The notes beneath the pieces are model-generated. The model was not told the origin of the DNA and ran no database searches. It worked only from the letters and a program-made list of their open reading frames with translations. A stretch of DNA of 64,000 nucleotides from Macrostomum hystrix (taxonomy: Eukaryota > Animalia > Platyhelminthes), in the NCBI GenBank assembly GCA_950097015.1, contig CATNEN010000007.1, positions 5,580,001 to 5,644,000 on the forward strand, read 5' to 3'. Shown piece by piece: positions 14,592-27,669 of the stretch; the stretch's first letter is position 1, and the number at the start of each line of letters is the position of its first letter. The position numbers and the translations under genes were made by a program.

Positions 14592-17500
14592 TCAGTTGAT
14601 GCCGTGTCGCTGCGATGGGCGACATGTCAACAGCGGGGAGCGCTCGTCCGCGTCGTCCTCCACCGGCTTGAAGTCCACGCCAGGTGCAGCCGCGGCGCCA
14701 ACAGCGGGAGACTGGCCGGACTCGATGGAGGCGTGAGCGATGCCGTCCTCAACCAGCTGGTCCATGCGCTCCTGGCAAAGCTTCTCCTTGCGGCTCTGGT
14801 TCAGCTTGCGGCCCTGCGGATTAAGGAGTAAAAATTCAGGCGAGGATTCTGGCGAGGATTTACTTGAGGATTCAGGTGGGGATCGATTCAGGCTAGAATT
14901 TAGGTGAGGATTGATTCAGGCTAGGATTTAGGTGAGGATTGATTCAGGCTAGGATTTAGGTGAGGATTGATTCAGGCTAGGATTTAGGTGGGGATTGATT
15001 CAGGCTAGGATTTAGGTGAGGATTGATTCAGGCTAGGATTTAGGTGAGGATTGATTCAGGCTAGGATTTAGGTGAGGATTGATTCAGGCTAGGATTTAGG
15101 TGAGGATTGATTCAGGCTAGGATTTAGGTGAGGATTGATTCAGGCTAGGATTTAGGTGGGGATTGATTCAGGCTAGGATTTAGGTGAGGATTGATTCAGG
15201 CTAGGATTTAGGTGAGGATTGATTCAGGCTAGGATTTAGGTGAGGATTGATTCAGGCTAGGATTTAGGTGAGGATTGATTCAGGCTAGGATTTAGGTGGG
15301 GATTGATTCAGACTAGGATTTAGGTGGGGATTGATTCAGGCTAGGATTTAGGTGAGGATTGATTCAGGCTAGGATTTAGGTGAGGATTGATTCAGGCTAG
15401 GATTTAGGTGAGGATTGATTCAGGCTAGGATTTAGGTGAGGATTGATTCAGGCTAGGATTTAGGTGAGGATTGATTCAGGCTAGGATTTAGGTGAGGATT
15501 GATTCAGGCTAGGATTTAGGTGAGGATTGATTCAGGCTAGGATTTAGGTGGGGATTGATTCAGGCTAGGATTTAGGTGAGGATTGATTCAGGCTAGGAAT
15601 TAGGTGAGGATTGATTCAGGCTAGGATTTAGGTGGGGATTGATTCAGGCTAGGATTTAGGTGAGGATTGATTCAGGCTAGGATTTAGGTGAGGATTGATT
15701 CAGGCTAGGATTTAGGTGAGGATTGATTCAGGCTAGGATTTAGGCGTGGAGATTCAGGCGTGGAGATTCAGGCGTGGAGATTCGGGTGTGAGGATTTAGG
15801 TGATGATTCAGGTGAGGATTGATTCAGGCTAGAATTCAGGTTTAAATTCAGATGATGATTCAGGTGTGGATTCAGGTGAGGATTCAGGTGGGTCATAACT
15901 GATAATAAATAGCACGCACATTAGAAGTAATTTTATGAAAATTAATATGTGCATAAATCTATATCCTAATAGAGGCCAACTCACTCGTTTAAGATCCACT
16001 GCGTTCAACAAGACAGTCACAACAACCGCCGCAATCACATTGCCCAGTAGATAGAGCATCACCAGCTTCCAGCGATCCAGGATCTCATTGGGGTTGCTGC
16101 GGTTGCGGAAAATAAGGAGGCGTTTCATGAATTCAGCTACATGCTTCAACTGGGCAATGTCTCTAAATAAATATTTAGCCATAGATGGTTAGATAGGATA
16201 CTTCCAGTTGTATGCAAGAAACCGTAATTACGTAATTTATCTAAGGATAATGGAAAATCTTAATCCATAGATCTAGAGAATCTCAAACGCTTAGATCTAC
16301 AGAATCTCAAACGCTTAGATCTACAGAATCTCAAAGGCTTAGATCTACAGAATCTCAAATGCTTAGATCTACAGAATCTCAAAGGCTTAGATCTACAGAA
16401 TCTCAAACGCTTAGATCTACAGAATCTCAAAGGCTTAGATCTACAGAATCTCAAATGCTTAGATCTACAGAATCTCAAAGGCTTAGATCTACAGAATCTC
16501 AAACGCTTAGATCTACAGAATCTCAAATGCTTAGATCTACAGAATCTTAAAGGCTTAGATCTACAGAATCTCAAAGGCTTAGATCTACAGAATCTCAAAC
16601 GCTTAGATCTACAGAATCTCAAACGCTTAGATCTACAAAATCTTAAAGGCTTAGATCTACAGAATCTCAAACGCTTAGATCTACAAAATCTTAAAGGCTT
16701 AGATCTACAGAATCTCAAACGCTTAGATCTACAAAATCTTAAAGGCTTAGATCTACAGAATCTCAAACGCTTAGATCTACAGAATCTCAAACGCTTAGAT
16801 CTACAGAATCTTAAAGGCTTAGATCTACAGAATCTCAATCTGAAGATCTACAGAATCTCTATCTAAAGATCTACAGAATCTCTATCTAAAGATCTACAGA
16901 ATCTCTATCTAAAGATCTACATAATCTTAATCCATAGATAAACAGAATCCGAAGTCCCCAGATACCTACCTGGTGGTGCGGCTCAGAATGCGGCCCACAA
17001 CGACATTTGACACACCGATGCCAACCATTTGTATGCTAGTTGTGATGCCCAGTGCGGTGCCAAGCGTGGCTCGAGGCACCACCAGAGGCAGGGAGGGCCA
17101 CATGCTGGCCTGTATGAAAAGTTTTAAATATTTAAGCAATTTTTTGCTTGCTCATAGTAGTATTTAACGAACATGGAGTATAAAATATGGCACTAACCGC
17201 CGCAAACGAATAGGTCACACCGAGCCACAGGGTGCAGATGAGCGGGTAGACAGTGGTGAACGCTAGCAGGCCGAATACAGGAATGGTTAGCAGGGCACAC
17301 AGCAGGGCCAGGTAGCCGCGCTTGCCAATGATGTCCTGCAATAGAGGGGTGTTAGGTGTGATTGCCGCTATTTAAAATTACAATGGCGAAAGTTGCAATG
17401 GGATGAGTTGAAATGGGATGAGTTGAATGGGATGAGTTGAAATGGGATGAGTTGAATGGGATGAGTTGAATGGGATGAGTTGAAATGGGATGAGTTGAAA

Positions 17501-19507
17501 TGGGATGAGTTGAAATGGGATGAGTTGCAATGGGATGAGTTGAAATGGGATGAGTTGAAATGGGATGAGTTGCAATGGGATGAGTTGAAATGGGATGAGT
17601 TGCAATGGGATGAGTTGAAATGGGATGAGTGGTAATGGCATGAGTTGCAATGAGATGAGTTGAATGGGATGAGTTGCAATGGGATGAGTTGTAATGAGAT
17701 GAGTTGCAATGAGATGAGTTGCAATGAGATGAGTTGAATGGGATGAGTTGAAATGAGATGAGTTGCAATGGGATGAGTTGCAATGGGATGAGTTGCAATG
17801 GGATGAGTTGCAATGGGATGAGTTGCAATGGGATGAGTTGCAATGGGATGAGTTGCAATGGGATGAGTTGCAATGGGATGAGTTGTAATGAGATGAGTTG
17901 CAATGAGATGAGTTGCAATGAGATGAGTTGCAATGGGATGAGTTGCAATGAGATGAGTTGAATGGGATGAGTTGAAATGGGATGAGTTGAAATGAGATGA
18001 GTTGCAATGGGATGAGTTGAAATGAGATGAGTTGAAATGGGATGAGTTGAAATGAGATGAGTTGCAATGGGATGAGTTGAAATGAGATGAGTTGAAATGG
18101 GATGAGTTGAAATGGGATGAGTTGCAATGGGATGAGTTGCAATGGGATGAGTTGCAATGAGATGAGTTGCAATGGGATGAGTTGAAATGGGATGAGTTGC
18201 AATGGGATGAGTTGCAATGGGATGAGTTGCAATGAGATGAGTTGCAATGTGATGAGTGTCAATGGGATGAGGTTTAATGAGATGAGTTGCAATGGGATGA
18301 GTGTCAATGGGATGAGTTGCAATGGGATGAGTTGAAATGGGATGAGTTGTAATGGAATGAGTTGTAATGGGATGAGTTGTAATGACATGAGTAGCAATGA
18401 AGATAGGACCAATCAGCTGCCAAATTAGACTCACAATGAGCCCGCCGAGGAACGGGCTCAGCAGCATGGACACGTCGTACACAGCACCAGTGATGTAGGA
18501 GGACACCTTGTCGCCCAGTGTGTACTTATCGTTGATAAACTTGCTGGCGTCGGCAACAAAGGGGAAAACCCCGTTATAGTAGAACATGATTGACAGCACC
18601 AGCAGCCAGAACTGCAGGCTGAACTGGCCCAGATCCTTGAGCTGCACGCGCCGGCTCTCCTGCCGCAGTTCCTCTGACAGGCCCAGCTTCTTGACGCCGT
18701 AGTTGTCCAGGGCGCAGACAAAGCCGGCGGACACGAAGCCGAGGAGGCAAAGGCCGACGCCGAACCACAATGTCCACTCCAGCCCGATGAAGTCGCGAAT
18801 GTTCTCGGTCAGGAAGAAGTTGAGCACGGAGCCGCAGCGGCTGAACGCCAGGACGCAGCCAAACGCCAGGGCCAGCTCCTTGCGATTGAACCAGAAGGCC
18901 ACCAGGCGGTTCTGCACGACAGTCAGCGAGCCGTTGCCAGCGCCGAACAGCAGGCGGCCCAGCAGCATGATGGGCAGCAGGTAGTCGGTGCCGCGCAGCC
19001 TGGCTCCGGCGGCGAATGTCGAGGAGCCGACCAGGCACAGCAGGGAGAAGGCGATGACACCGGCCCGGTTGCCCAGCTTGTCCACCAGGAAGCCGGAGAA
19101 GAACACCACAACGGCGTTGGTCCAGGCGTAGACAGCGTACAGCAGGTTGTAGCTCTCCTCGGACATGCCGAGGCAGTCCCGACAGCAGGTGGAGTCGATG
19201 CGCTGTGTCAGGCCCAGCGACGGCGAGGTGAGCGAATCATTAGCGCCGCTGCAGTTGTTAATCTGATTTGTGGGATGCGTGGAAACAGATTAAGGATCGG
19301 GGCGCGAAATGGATTTGATTTGGATCTGAGCTTCAGAATATGACATGCAAGATATGAACTCATATAACAAGTGAGTAGACTTACCCCAGTGAAGGCTGAC
19401 TGAAGAACGCTGGGCATATCAAAGCAAAAATAAGAGCCGAATGTAAGCAAGCAGGTGAACACCAGCACCGTGAAGCGAAACTTCGGCTTCTCAGGATCCC
19501 ACGCCAT
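14592..19507 (-). CDS. MFSD1: MFSD1-like lysosomal major facilitator superfamily transporter, 6 coding exons, about 520 aa
   Basis: Exons 19507-19385, 19262-18435, 17335-17198, 17109-16970, 16096-15985 and 14813-14592 all have GT/AG ends and join in frame. Motifs typical of MFSD1: LTFGSYFCFDMPS, YNLLYAVYAW, GRLLFGAG, WFNRKELALAFG, YNGVFPFV, SMWPSLPLVVP. Confidence 0.9.
14870..15890. repeat. 28-bp minisatellite filling MFSD1 intron 5
   Basis: gattcaggctaggatttaggtgaggatt units. Confidence 0.95.
16268..16922. repeat. 24-bp minisatellite in MFSD1 intron 4
   Basis: agatctacagaatctcaaacgctt units. Confidence 0.95.
17390..18385. repeat. 15-bp minisatellite filling MFSD1 intron 2
   Basis: gatgagttgcaatgg units. 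Confidence 0.95.
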
Positions 19508-19577
19508 TGGCTGCAAATTATGTAGCGTTCGGTTAGCAATCGTTGCCAATCAACTGTATATTAATAATTACAGTACA

Positions 19578-20075
19578 TTAGGAGTGGGGTGGGTGTTTTT
19601 TTGGATTGACTATACAATGTACTTAAGGAGTGGGGTGGGTGCGTAACTATATTGGCTAGACAATGTACATAAGGACTGGCCTTTGGTGGGTGCGAAACTG
19701 GATTAGCCAGACAATCTATGTAAGGAGTGGGGTGAGTGCGTAATTGGATTGGCCAGACAATGTACATAAGGAGTGGGGTGGGTGCGAAACTGGATTAGCC
19801 AGACAATCTACGTAAGGAGTGGGGTGCGGGCGTAACTGGATTGGCCAGACAATCTACGTAAGGAGTGGGGTGGGTGCGAAACTGGATTAGCCAGACAATC
19901 TACGTAAGGAGTGGGGTGGGGGCGTAACTGGATTGGCCAGACAATCTACGTAAGGAGTGGGGTGGTGCGTAACTGGATTGGCCAGACAATCTACGTAAGG
20001 AGTGGGGTGGGGGCGTAACTGGATTGGCCAGACAATCTACGTAAGGAGTGGGTGGGTGCGTAACTGGATTGGCTA
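19578..20075. repeat. ~44-bp minisatellite between RFC5 and MFSD1
   Basis: taaggagtggggtgggtgcgtaactggattggccagacaatctacg-type units. Confidence 0.92.
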
Positions 20076-20399
20076 AATAACTAAAAATTACGATCGATAA
20101 GATTAAGTATAACATAAACTTTATTGAAAAAATTAATTACAATTTTTTCAAACCAATCGAACTATTTCATTCATTTATTGTGAAGAACAAAGACTAATTA
20201 AGCAACACTGGCCACAGTTGAAAACTGCACCAGGTACAAGGAACAGAAAATGCAATACAACAAATGAAGATTTAACCGACTCCTGGTTATTCTGAGCCGA
20301 TGTACAAAAATATTTTCCAACGCGTTGATCAATATGTAGCTGTGGAAATGAGAATTTTGAGTAAGGAAACCTGGGGATGGGAATCCGAGGGAGGACTGG

Positions 20400-20780
20400 T
20401 CGTGGGAATCTGAATGTGTGATTCCGGAGGTGGGAATCGGAATGTGGGAAACTGGAGGTGGGAATCTGAATGTGTGATTCCGGAGGTGGGAATAGGAATG
20501 TGGGAAACTGTTGGTGGGAATCTGAATGTGTGATTCCGGAGGTGGGGATAAAAATGTGAGATTCTGGAGGTGGGAATAGGAATGTGGGAAACTGTTGGTG
20601 GGAATCTGAATGTGTGATTCCGGAGGTGGGAATAGGAATGTGGGAAACTGGAGGTGGGAATCTGAATGTGTGATTCCGGAGGTGGGAATAGGAATGTGGG
20701 AAACTGTTGGTGGGAATCTGAATGTGTGATTCCGGAGGTGGGGATAAAAATGTGAGATTCTGGAGGTGGGAATCTGAATC
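20400..20780. repeat. Composite minisatellite in the presumed RFC5 3' UTR
   Basis: gtgggaatctgaatgtgtgattccggag and gtgggaataggaatgtgggaaact units. Confidence 0.85.
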
Positions 20781-20871
20781 TGAGTTAACTGAGTTACATT
20801 ATTTTTTGAGGAATAAAAAGCACTGAGAACTTGTGGGCTTAAACAATTCCGAAAAATATGAAAAAATCCCA

Positions 20872-22414
20872 TCACTCGGCGGCCTCTCGGTCCAGCTTCT
20901 CCTTCTCCATCAGCAATAGCTCGCGGGCCTCCATGGCGGCACCGATCAGGGCGCTGAGCTGCAGCCGGTCCGAAGCTCCCGCGCACAGCCGCTCCTCGAT
21001 GTCCGCCAGGCGAATGTAAAAGTGCGCCCGGACCGAAGCCGGGAAATCAACCCGGCCTGCGGGATTAAAATAGGTTAAGGAAAAATCTTGGCTTGGGGGT
21101 TTTTTATGCAATTTACGCCCTTGAGGGCCAACCTCCAAGGCACAGTGCCTAACGATGAGAAAGACAGCGTGAGCCTGCGCACACACCACACACCTGTGTG
21201 AGTGTGCCTGCATAAAATATATGTGTGCGTGTGTGCTCAGGAGTCAGCGAAATGGGCAGAATTGCCTTCCCGCTGGCTGCGGGTCTAGTGTCACCAAATG
21301 ATGTGCCATTGCCCACAGCCTTCCTGCGATAGATATTTTTATTAAAATCAGGACAGGCTATTTCTCATTGGTTCAGTTCATCCAGCTGTAAACCATGCAA
21401 CGGTAATAGCTGGGGTATAAATTTGGATGGGATTGTGGCGGCCCCCACTGTCCACGGACTGAGCATCTGTACACAACCATTTGCAAGCAATAGCTGCAGC
21501 TGCGTCACTGGCTCAGTCCAGCCAATCAACGCACCCAGTAGGTCGTGCAGTTCGGTGACAACATCCACCAGGGCCACGCCGCGATCGGCGCACAGATCCC
21601 GGATGGCGGCGTGAGCAGCCGGGGCCTCCTCGTTCATGAGGCACTGCAGAACGCGCTTGATATCGGCCGGGGCCGGGTGGCCCACGCAGGCATAGACGGC
21701 GGCCTCGTCCACCCCGGCGGGGAAGGCCAGGGCAGTGCTCTGCAGGATATTCAAAGCTCGGCGCATGTCGCCGCCCGACAGTCGAACCAGAGCCCGACAG
21801 CCGGCTTCGTCCAGGTCGGCGCCTTCGGCTTTGGCGATGTCGCGCACTCGGGCGGCCACGCAATCGGACGGCAGCGGAGCGAAGCGGAATCTGGTGCAGC
21901 GGGACTGCAGCGCCGGGATGATCTTGGACAGGTAGTTGCACACCAGGCAGAAGCGAACGTTGGCCGTGAATTTCTCCATGATGCGTCGCAGTGCGTTCTG
22001 CGCGTCTTTGGTCATGGCATCGGCCTCGTCCAGGATGACCAGCTTGAAGCCGGCGTTGAACACAGTCCGGGTGCTGGCGAAGGTGAGAATTTCGTTGCGG
22101 ACAACGTTGATGCCGCGCTCGTCCGATGCGTTTAAATCCAGCACCATTGTGGGAAACTCGCGCTTTGAATAGATCTGGCCAGCGATGGCCAAGATAGTGC
22201 TGGTCTTGCCAACACCGGCTGGACCATAGAACAGCAGGTGGGGCAGGCGACCCTCGGCCAGGAAGCGCTGAATAGTGGACACAATGTCTCTGTGGGACAT
22301 GAGATCGTCCAACTGCTTTGGTCTGTACTTTTCTATCCAGGGCAGGTTGCCACTGTTGGCTGCCGCATCGGCTATGCGGGAAGCTGTCGTTGAGCTGTCA
22401 GTTTTCTCAGGCAT
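20872..22414 (-). CDS. RFC5: Replication factor C small subunit 5 (clamp loader AAA+ ATPase), 2 exons, about 354 aa
   Basis: Exon 1 22414-21535 (donor G|gtgcgt) joins exon 2 21056-20872 (cgcag|GC) in phase 1. Motifs: LPWIEKYRP, Walker A GPAGVGKTS, LNASDERG, Walker B LDEADAMT, SRC, and C-terminal LADIEERL. Confidence 0.93.
21107..21330 (+). mobile_element. SINE family A, 5'-truncated, in the RFC5 intron
   Basis: Matches the body of the 39522 and 61463 copies from caatttacgcccttgag to cagccttcctgc. Confidence 0.75.
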
Positions 22415-24051
22415 GGCGGCTATTCAGAGACTCGCGATGATCTAGAGAGGCCAATATAGAAGCCAAAGATCTCAATATAAACACCCAGATATGTTTGTTG
22501 ATGCAAAAAATTATAGATAAATGAACATATTAAGGTGCATCTTGATGGAATACAGTGGCCAATGGATATGTGGTCCTGTCCTCTAGCAAAGTCTGTTGAA
22601 TTGTGTGATTACAATTGCAACATTTATTGACCATAACCACCAAAAGTTAGACTGCTTCATCATAGACTCCGATACTGAAACCCTATGTGCTTCTTAAAAA
22701 GTTTTACTCTTTGTCTTGCCTGGTCATATTGATGTTCATCTTAAATGCACAGAATATGCTGTTTTAGCTTAACTGTTTACATAAGCCATCTGCTTACAAT
22801 AATTACAATTTATCATACATAGGTTACTGTTAAGCAGATTTACTGTTGAAGTATTTAAATTTACAATGCAACGAGTCAAAACTATGATGTGTCTTTGTGA
22901 TTTCCATGTCATTTTGACAGGTAATAATAAGAATAAGATTATAAGAAAGTATTAGCTCAGTGGTAGCATATCAAATGGGGTAGCCAAGGGAGGCCTTAGT
23001 ACTCAGTCCACTATTAATCCCTAGTCAAAACTTTTAGCAGTTTTTTGTGGCTCAGCTTTGGATTCTTATATTCTTACAAAAATACATATTATAACAAATT
23101 TATGCTTAGATAAAAGCTCATGTCCAATGTCTATGTTATGATGATAATGTTTAGGCAGTGGCTTAGTGCCAATAATTGGCCTTTATAAAAGAATTGTTTA
23201 ACCAAAATAAAAAAATCACATTTGAAATTGCACATCCTTATCATGGAATATTGGAAAACAATGAAATGAACAAAGAACAACAAACATCAATAAGTGAATA
23301 TGGTCATTTGGTCAGTCATTTAGAAAAAATCACAAGAAAAATCAATGGCTGACCAGCCATGTCATAGAAATATTAGTAGTTAGGAGAATCAAAATGCACT
23401 TCTATATTTTGCGCCTGCCAGCTTATCCCCAGCACACAAAGCCCCCATATGTCTATGGGACTTAAATTAATCTCCCCCAATGGCCCAAATCAACGTCAGC
23501 ACTTAAAACCTTGCAAAGCTACATCAGCCTATGTTTGTGACCCTTGCCATGTCATATTACATATCACTGTGGTCACACAATTTTGAAAAATAATTCTGCA
23601 AAACAAAGTAAAACATTGCCAAAAATAGCAACTACATATAGGGCTCCAACTGCTTGCTAGTTGACACTGGGGTGATAGGCCAAGCAGATATTTTTAAAAG
23701 TCATATCTAGTTTCTATACTATACTAGAAATTTCCAAATTAGAAAATTGTTCGGAATCGGACTCCCTCACAAGCATGCAGGCTCAATGCTCATGCTCAAT
23801 AGATTTCCTAGTGACTGCATAGACCCATACTCACATTACATGATCTACAATAATAGGATCTAGTTAAAGAATCTAGTTAATGATGGAAAATGCATATATT
23901 ATTGCAAATTAGGCCTTACATCACAATGTGTGAATATTATTTTAATTTAGAGAATAGGCCTACCATTTTTGCTCTAAACTCATACAATCCATAGCCTTAT
24001 ATAGGCATACCATTTTTGAAAAGATGGAAATCTAAATATTTAAATAAATTA

Positions 24052-26107
24052 CATTTCGGTGACAGCCATTTCGGTGACAACAAGTCGTTTCGGTGATGGG
24101 TTGGTCAGTTTGGCACTTATTTTTGCATTTATAATTTTTAATTTTTAATTGTTAAAACATATTTTGAATTTGTTTTAATCAACATGCTCAAGGCTTCGAT
24201 GTATACAGCGTCTTCGGTTTTCTACTTTCGAATAGTTACTTTACGAGTAGTTGGATACTTTCTAATTTAACGTAATGGTAAATTAGCTCTAGAATATTCA
24301 ATTGTTCTTCTGTCTTCTCTCTGAATTAATTATTGATTATTCCGATTTTAAGTCACACGTAGAATGACTGCAGCAATACCATTAACTACGAAAAAGACTA
24401 GCAATTAATCAGTATGTAAATTTTTAAGTTTTGCTACTTGCTTAAAGTTGAGGTTGCATTAGAGAGTAATTCTGCCCGAATTCTGGCACATGTGAGCTAA
24501 TCCCGGCTACATCTGAGCAGTATACAGGCTGTATGAATCCTTCTCTGTAGGAGAGTGAAATTAAATGTGAATAAGTAGCTTGATACCAGTATCTAGTTAT
24601 ATATCCAGTTGCAGTTCTGTAAAAACAACCATCTTTTGTTCTGCTTGAGCACAATTTCTGAACCCCACTGACTCGATCAGGATTTGGTAAAGTGATTGCG
24701 CAAAAGACCCTACGATTTCTTATTGGTTGAGGTATTTTCAATGATCAATATGTATCATGCAATATGGACATATACATAGTATAAAGTATACTGGGATTTA
24801 GGAATGGGATCGGACACCCGCGTGAGAAAAAAATGGGAACTTTAAGAGGAGGGTACTCGTCTTACTAAAAGCAGTGCACTGCATGCACGTGATAAAAAAT
24901 GGTAGACCACTGCAGCTACATCACAACTGCGATTCGTTATTATTTACTACAGGTCCCAGTGGCCATGCGATTCATTCTCATGTCGGGACTCAGGAAGGCG
25001 GACCTGCGACTATAAGGCCGTTCTGCGCGAAATTCCACGCCATGTCCCCAACTTTCATGCAACGCTTTCACGCAACGCTCATCCGAAAGCTCATGGCGCT
25101 GTCCTATCTGCCACGTGATGCGATTATGCCTTTCTTCGAAGATCTCCGTTCTGACAATGCTTTCGAGGAACTCTGCGACTGCATTAGAAACACTTGGCTG
25201 AATGGCGACCGGAAGCCACTGGAGTGCAACAGACGTTTGCATATTTGGCCAGCCCATCAGTGCAGAACTAACAACGATCTGGAGGGTTGGCACAATCGTG
25301 TCAATCCCAAGGCCGGAAGGCGCCAACTACATTTCTACCTACTGCTCCAAACTGCTTCATGAAGAGGCAGCGCTGGTCCCACTTCAGGCGCACCTTCTGT
25401 CCAGAGGAGTGCTGCACCGAGAGCAACGGCTGGCTTACAGAACAGGACAGTCGCAGCTTTTTCGCTACTGGGCAGAATTCGAGGACGGAAATAGCACAAT
25501 CCAGCAGCTGCTTAAAGCCTGCGCTCCTCTTCAACCCAAAACTTGAAAAATGATTATTATACGTATTCAATCAGGAATGAATAACTATTGAAACTATCGA
25601 CTACTCATTAAATCAAGTAATTGAAAGTAAAACCCAGACTCAATCGGAGCTTCTACGGTATTTGCTTTGCAATTTTTCATCGGAGGTTTTACCTTTAGGG
25701 CATAAATGCGTAAATATTAGTATTAAAGCTCGTGCATGCAAATTAGACGCTCAATAACTAACAATTATTTTAAATAATACAACAAATTTCAATACATCAA
25801 ATTCGTACATCAAATTTCATATTGCAGTGTATACCGAACTATAACAATTTGCCTTTCTAATGCTTTTTAAAACTAAGTGGTTTATAGAAAATTTAAAGGG
25901 GCGTGAGAATTGTACTGTTTTTACGAAATTTGTAAAAAAATTGAGAATTATCGCGACAAAAGCATGTGCTATATAAAATTTACTTTCGCAAGTAAAAAAC
26001 TTAACAGTATATTGATGCCACACAATGATTAAAACTAATTCGTGTCACAGAACTGACCAATTCTGTCACAGAAACGACTTGAGTTGTCACCGAAATGACC
26101 TGGGACC
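24052..26107 (+). mobile_element. Decayed Mutator-like (MULE) DNA transposon with TIRs and a frameshifted transposase C-terminus
   Basis: Imperfect TIRs: catttcggtgacaac-aagtcgtttc (24067-24116) versus the reverse complement at 26042-26097. Remnant 25075-25546 encodes RKLMALSYLP..NTWLNG..RTNNDLEGWHNR..LHEE, typical of invertebrate MULE transposases, with a frameshift near 25345. Confidence 0.8.
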
Positions 26108-27669
26108 ATTTACCAGCTATGCTCATGCTCATATGCAGCTCATCCAGCAGATGTCATAAATTAGCTTTTGACCACGTGTTGTTTGTCCAAACTTATTTTT
26201 ATTCACAGCATTTTCTGACCAAGAAGAAGCCCGTGAAACACAATATGGGTCCAAATTTGTACAGTAAGTTAAATTAATCGAATCGATTTTGTCAATCAAT
26301 ATTTTTATATACTATTTTATATTATTTTTATGTATGCATATATGACGATTTAAATAGTGCACATCTCGTACAGGAACGCACTAAAACACCTAAAACAAAT
26401 ATATAAAATTTTTCACGCTTCGCTTTTCCACTCTTAAGCCTCATTAAGCACTATTAAGACTTAAATATGTTCTTAAAAATATTGTTGAGCGCAAAAAGGC
26501 AAGTGTATTGTCAGCATTTTTGTCTGATTTGTAGCTCCTCAGGTGTTTGTCCCTAAGCCTTAAATATTTTTTTTATTTTTAAATTTATCTTCAATTAGCT
26601 CGTAGTTTGTTACTCTGTATAGATAATAATATTTAAGTCGGGGTTGCAGTGACACCCTGCCCCAACCCTGACCCAGCACAGGATCGTTTTCTCGACCTTT
26701 GTCGAGTGCATAAGTTCCTCACTTCCTGGATCTGATTGTACTCATACATGTAAAATCTCATGCAAGTAATACACAATGACATGAAATGATTATCACACGA
26801 GGGAAACATTCGTTTGATTGATTTAAGAACAGACACGCTGAAAACATGTATAGCTGTGAGATGAACTCAATAAAAAGCGTCAATTTATTTGATTGATCAT
26901 AGCTAGATTAGACATGAGACATGAGACATGAGGCGCGCGGCACTCTCAGCAGTCAATGTCTTGTATTGGCAACGGGGCCCGCTCGGAGTTAGGCAGATTG
27001 CCTTCATCAACATCCGGAAAAGAAGCATTTCATACTGGGCCTCCATAACAAGCCGGCCGGACTCCATAATTTTCAAGTTATTATAGCGGACCGAACATAC
27101 TGTAAAGGGCCCTCATTGGCCAAACTAAAATGGCGCGCGAAATATTCTTTTATATATTTTTATATGCTACGAATATCTATACATAAACGTGTTTTACTTT
27201 ACTGAAATACACTGGGAGTATTCATTAGGAATTTTGGTATAAATACAGAGGGGTTTTCATACAGGGAGTTAACCGTTTGACCTACCATTAAATTGGAGCT
27301 TAAACAGTTCAGTCTCTTTGTGAGCATACTCAAAAAGCCTTACTTATTTCTAAAGTAAGTGGAAGCCGTTAAACCCGATCCGGGGAAGCCCGAGTATAGA
27401 CTGGCCAGAGAGCCTGAATTACCTGACAAAACTTGTCTGAATCACCTGAGAATATTATCTCCAGAACTAACTAGATTTAGTATCTAGAATACTACTGGCA
27501 GAAGGCCAGAAATATCGTGACAAAGAGCCACGCTACCCAAACTATTCGTAGTTTGTATCAGTCCACCCGAGCAGGGGTGTGGTATAATGTATATGTCACT
27601 TTAAGTGACTGAAGGTAATAAGTAAGGAATTTAGGCCAACCACTTATAGTATGTATTTGAATTACTAGG

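Noticed and set aside
17352-18434. His/Pro/Ile-rich C-terminal half of the 604-aa ORF as part of MFSD1
   Set aside because: Read-through into intron 2; a strong donor at 18434 splices in frame to exon 17335.
21365-21534. C-terminus of the 349-aa RFC5 ORF
   Set aside because: Intronic; the conserved RFC5 C-terminus is in exon 21056-20872.
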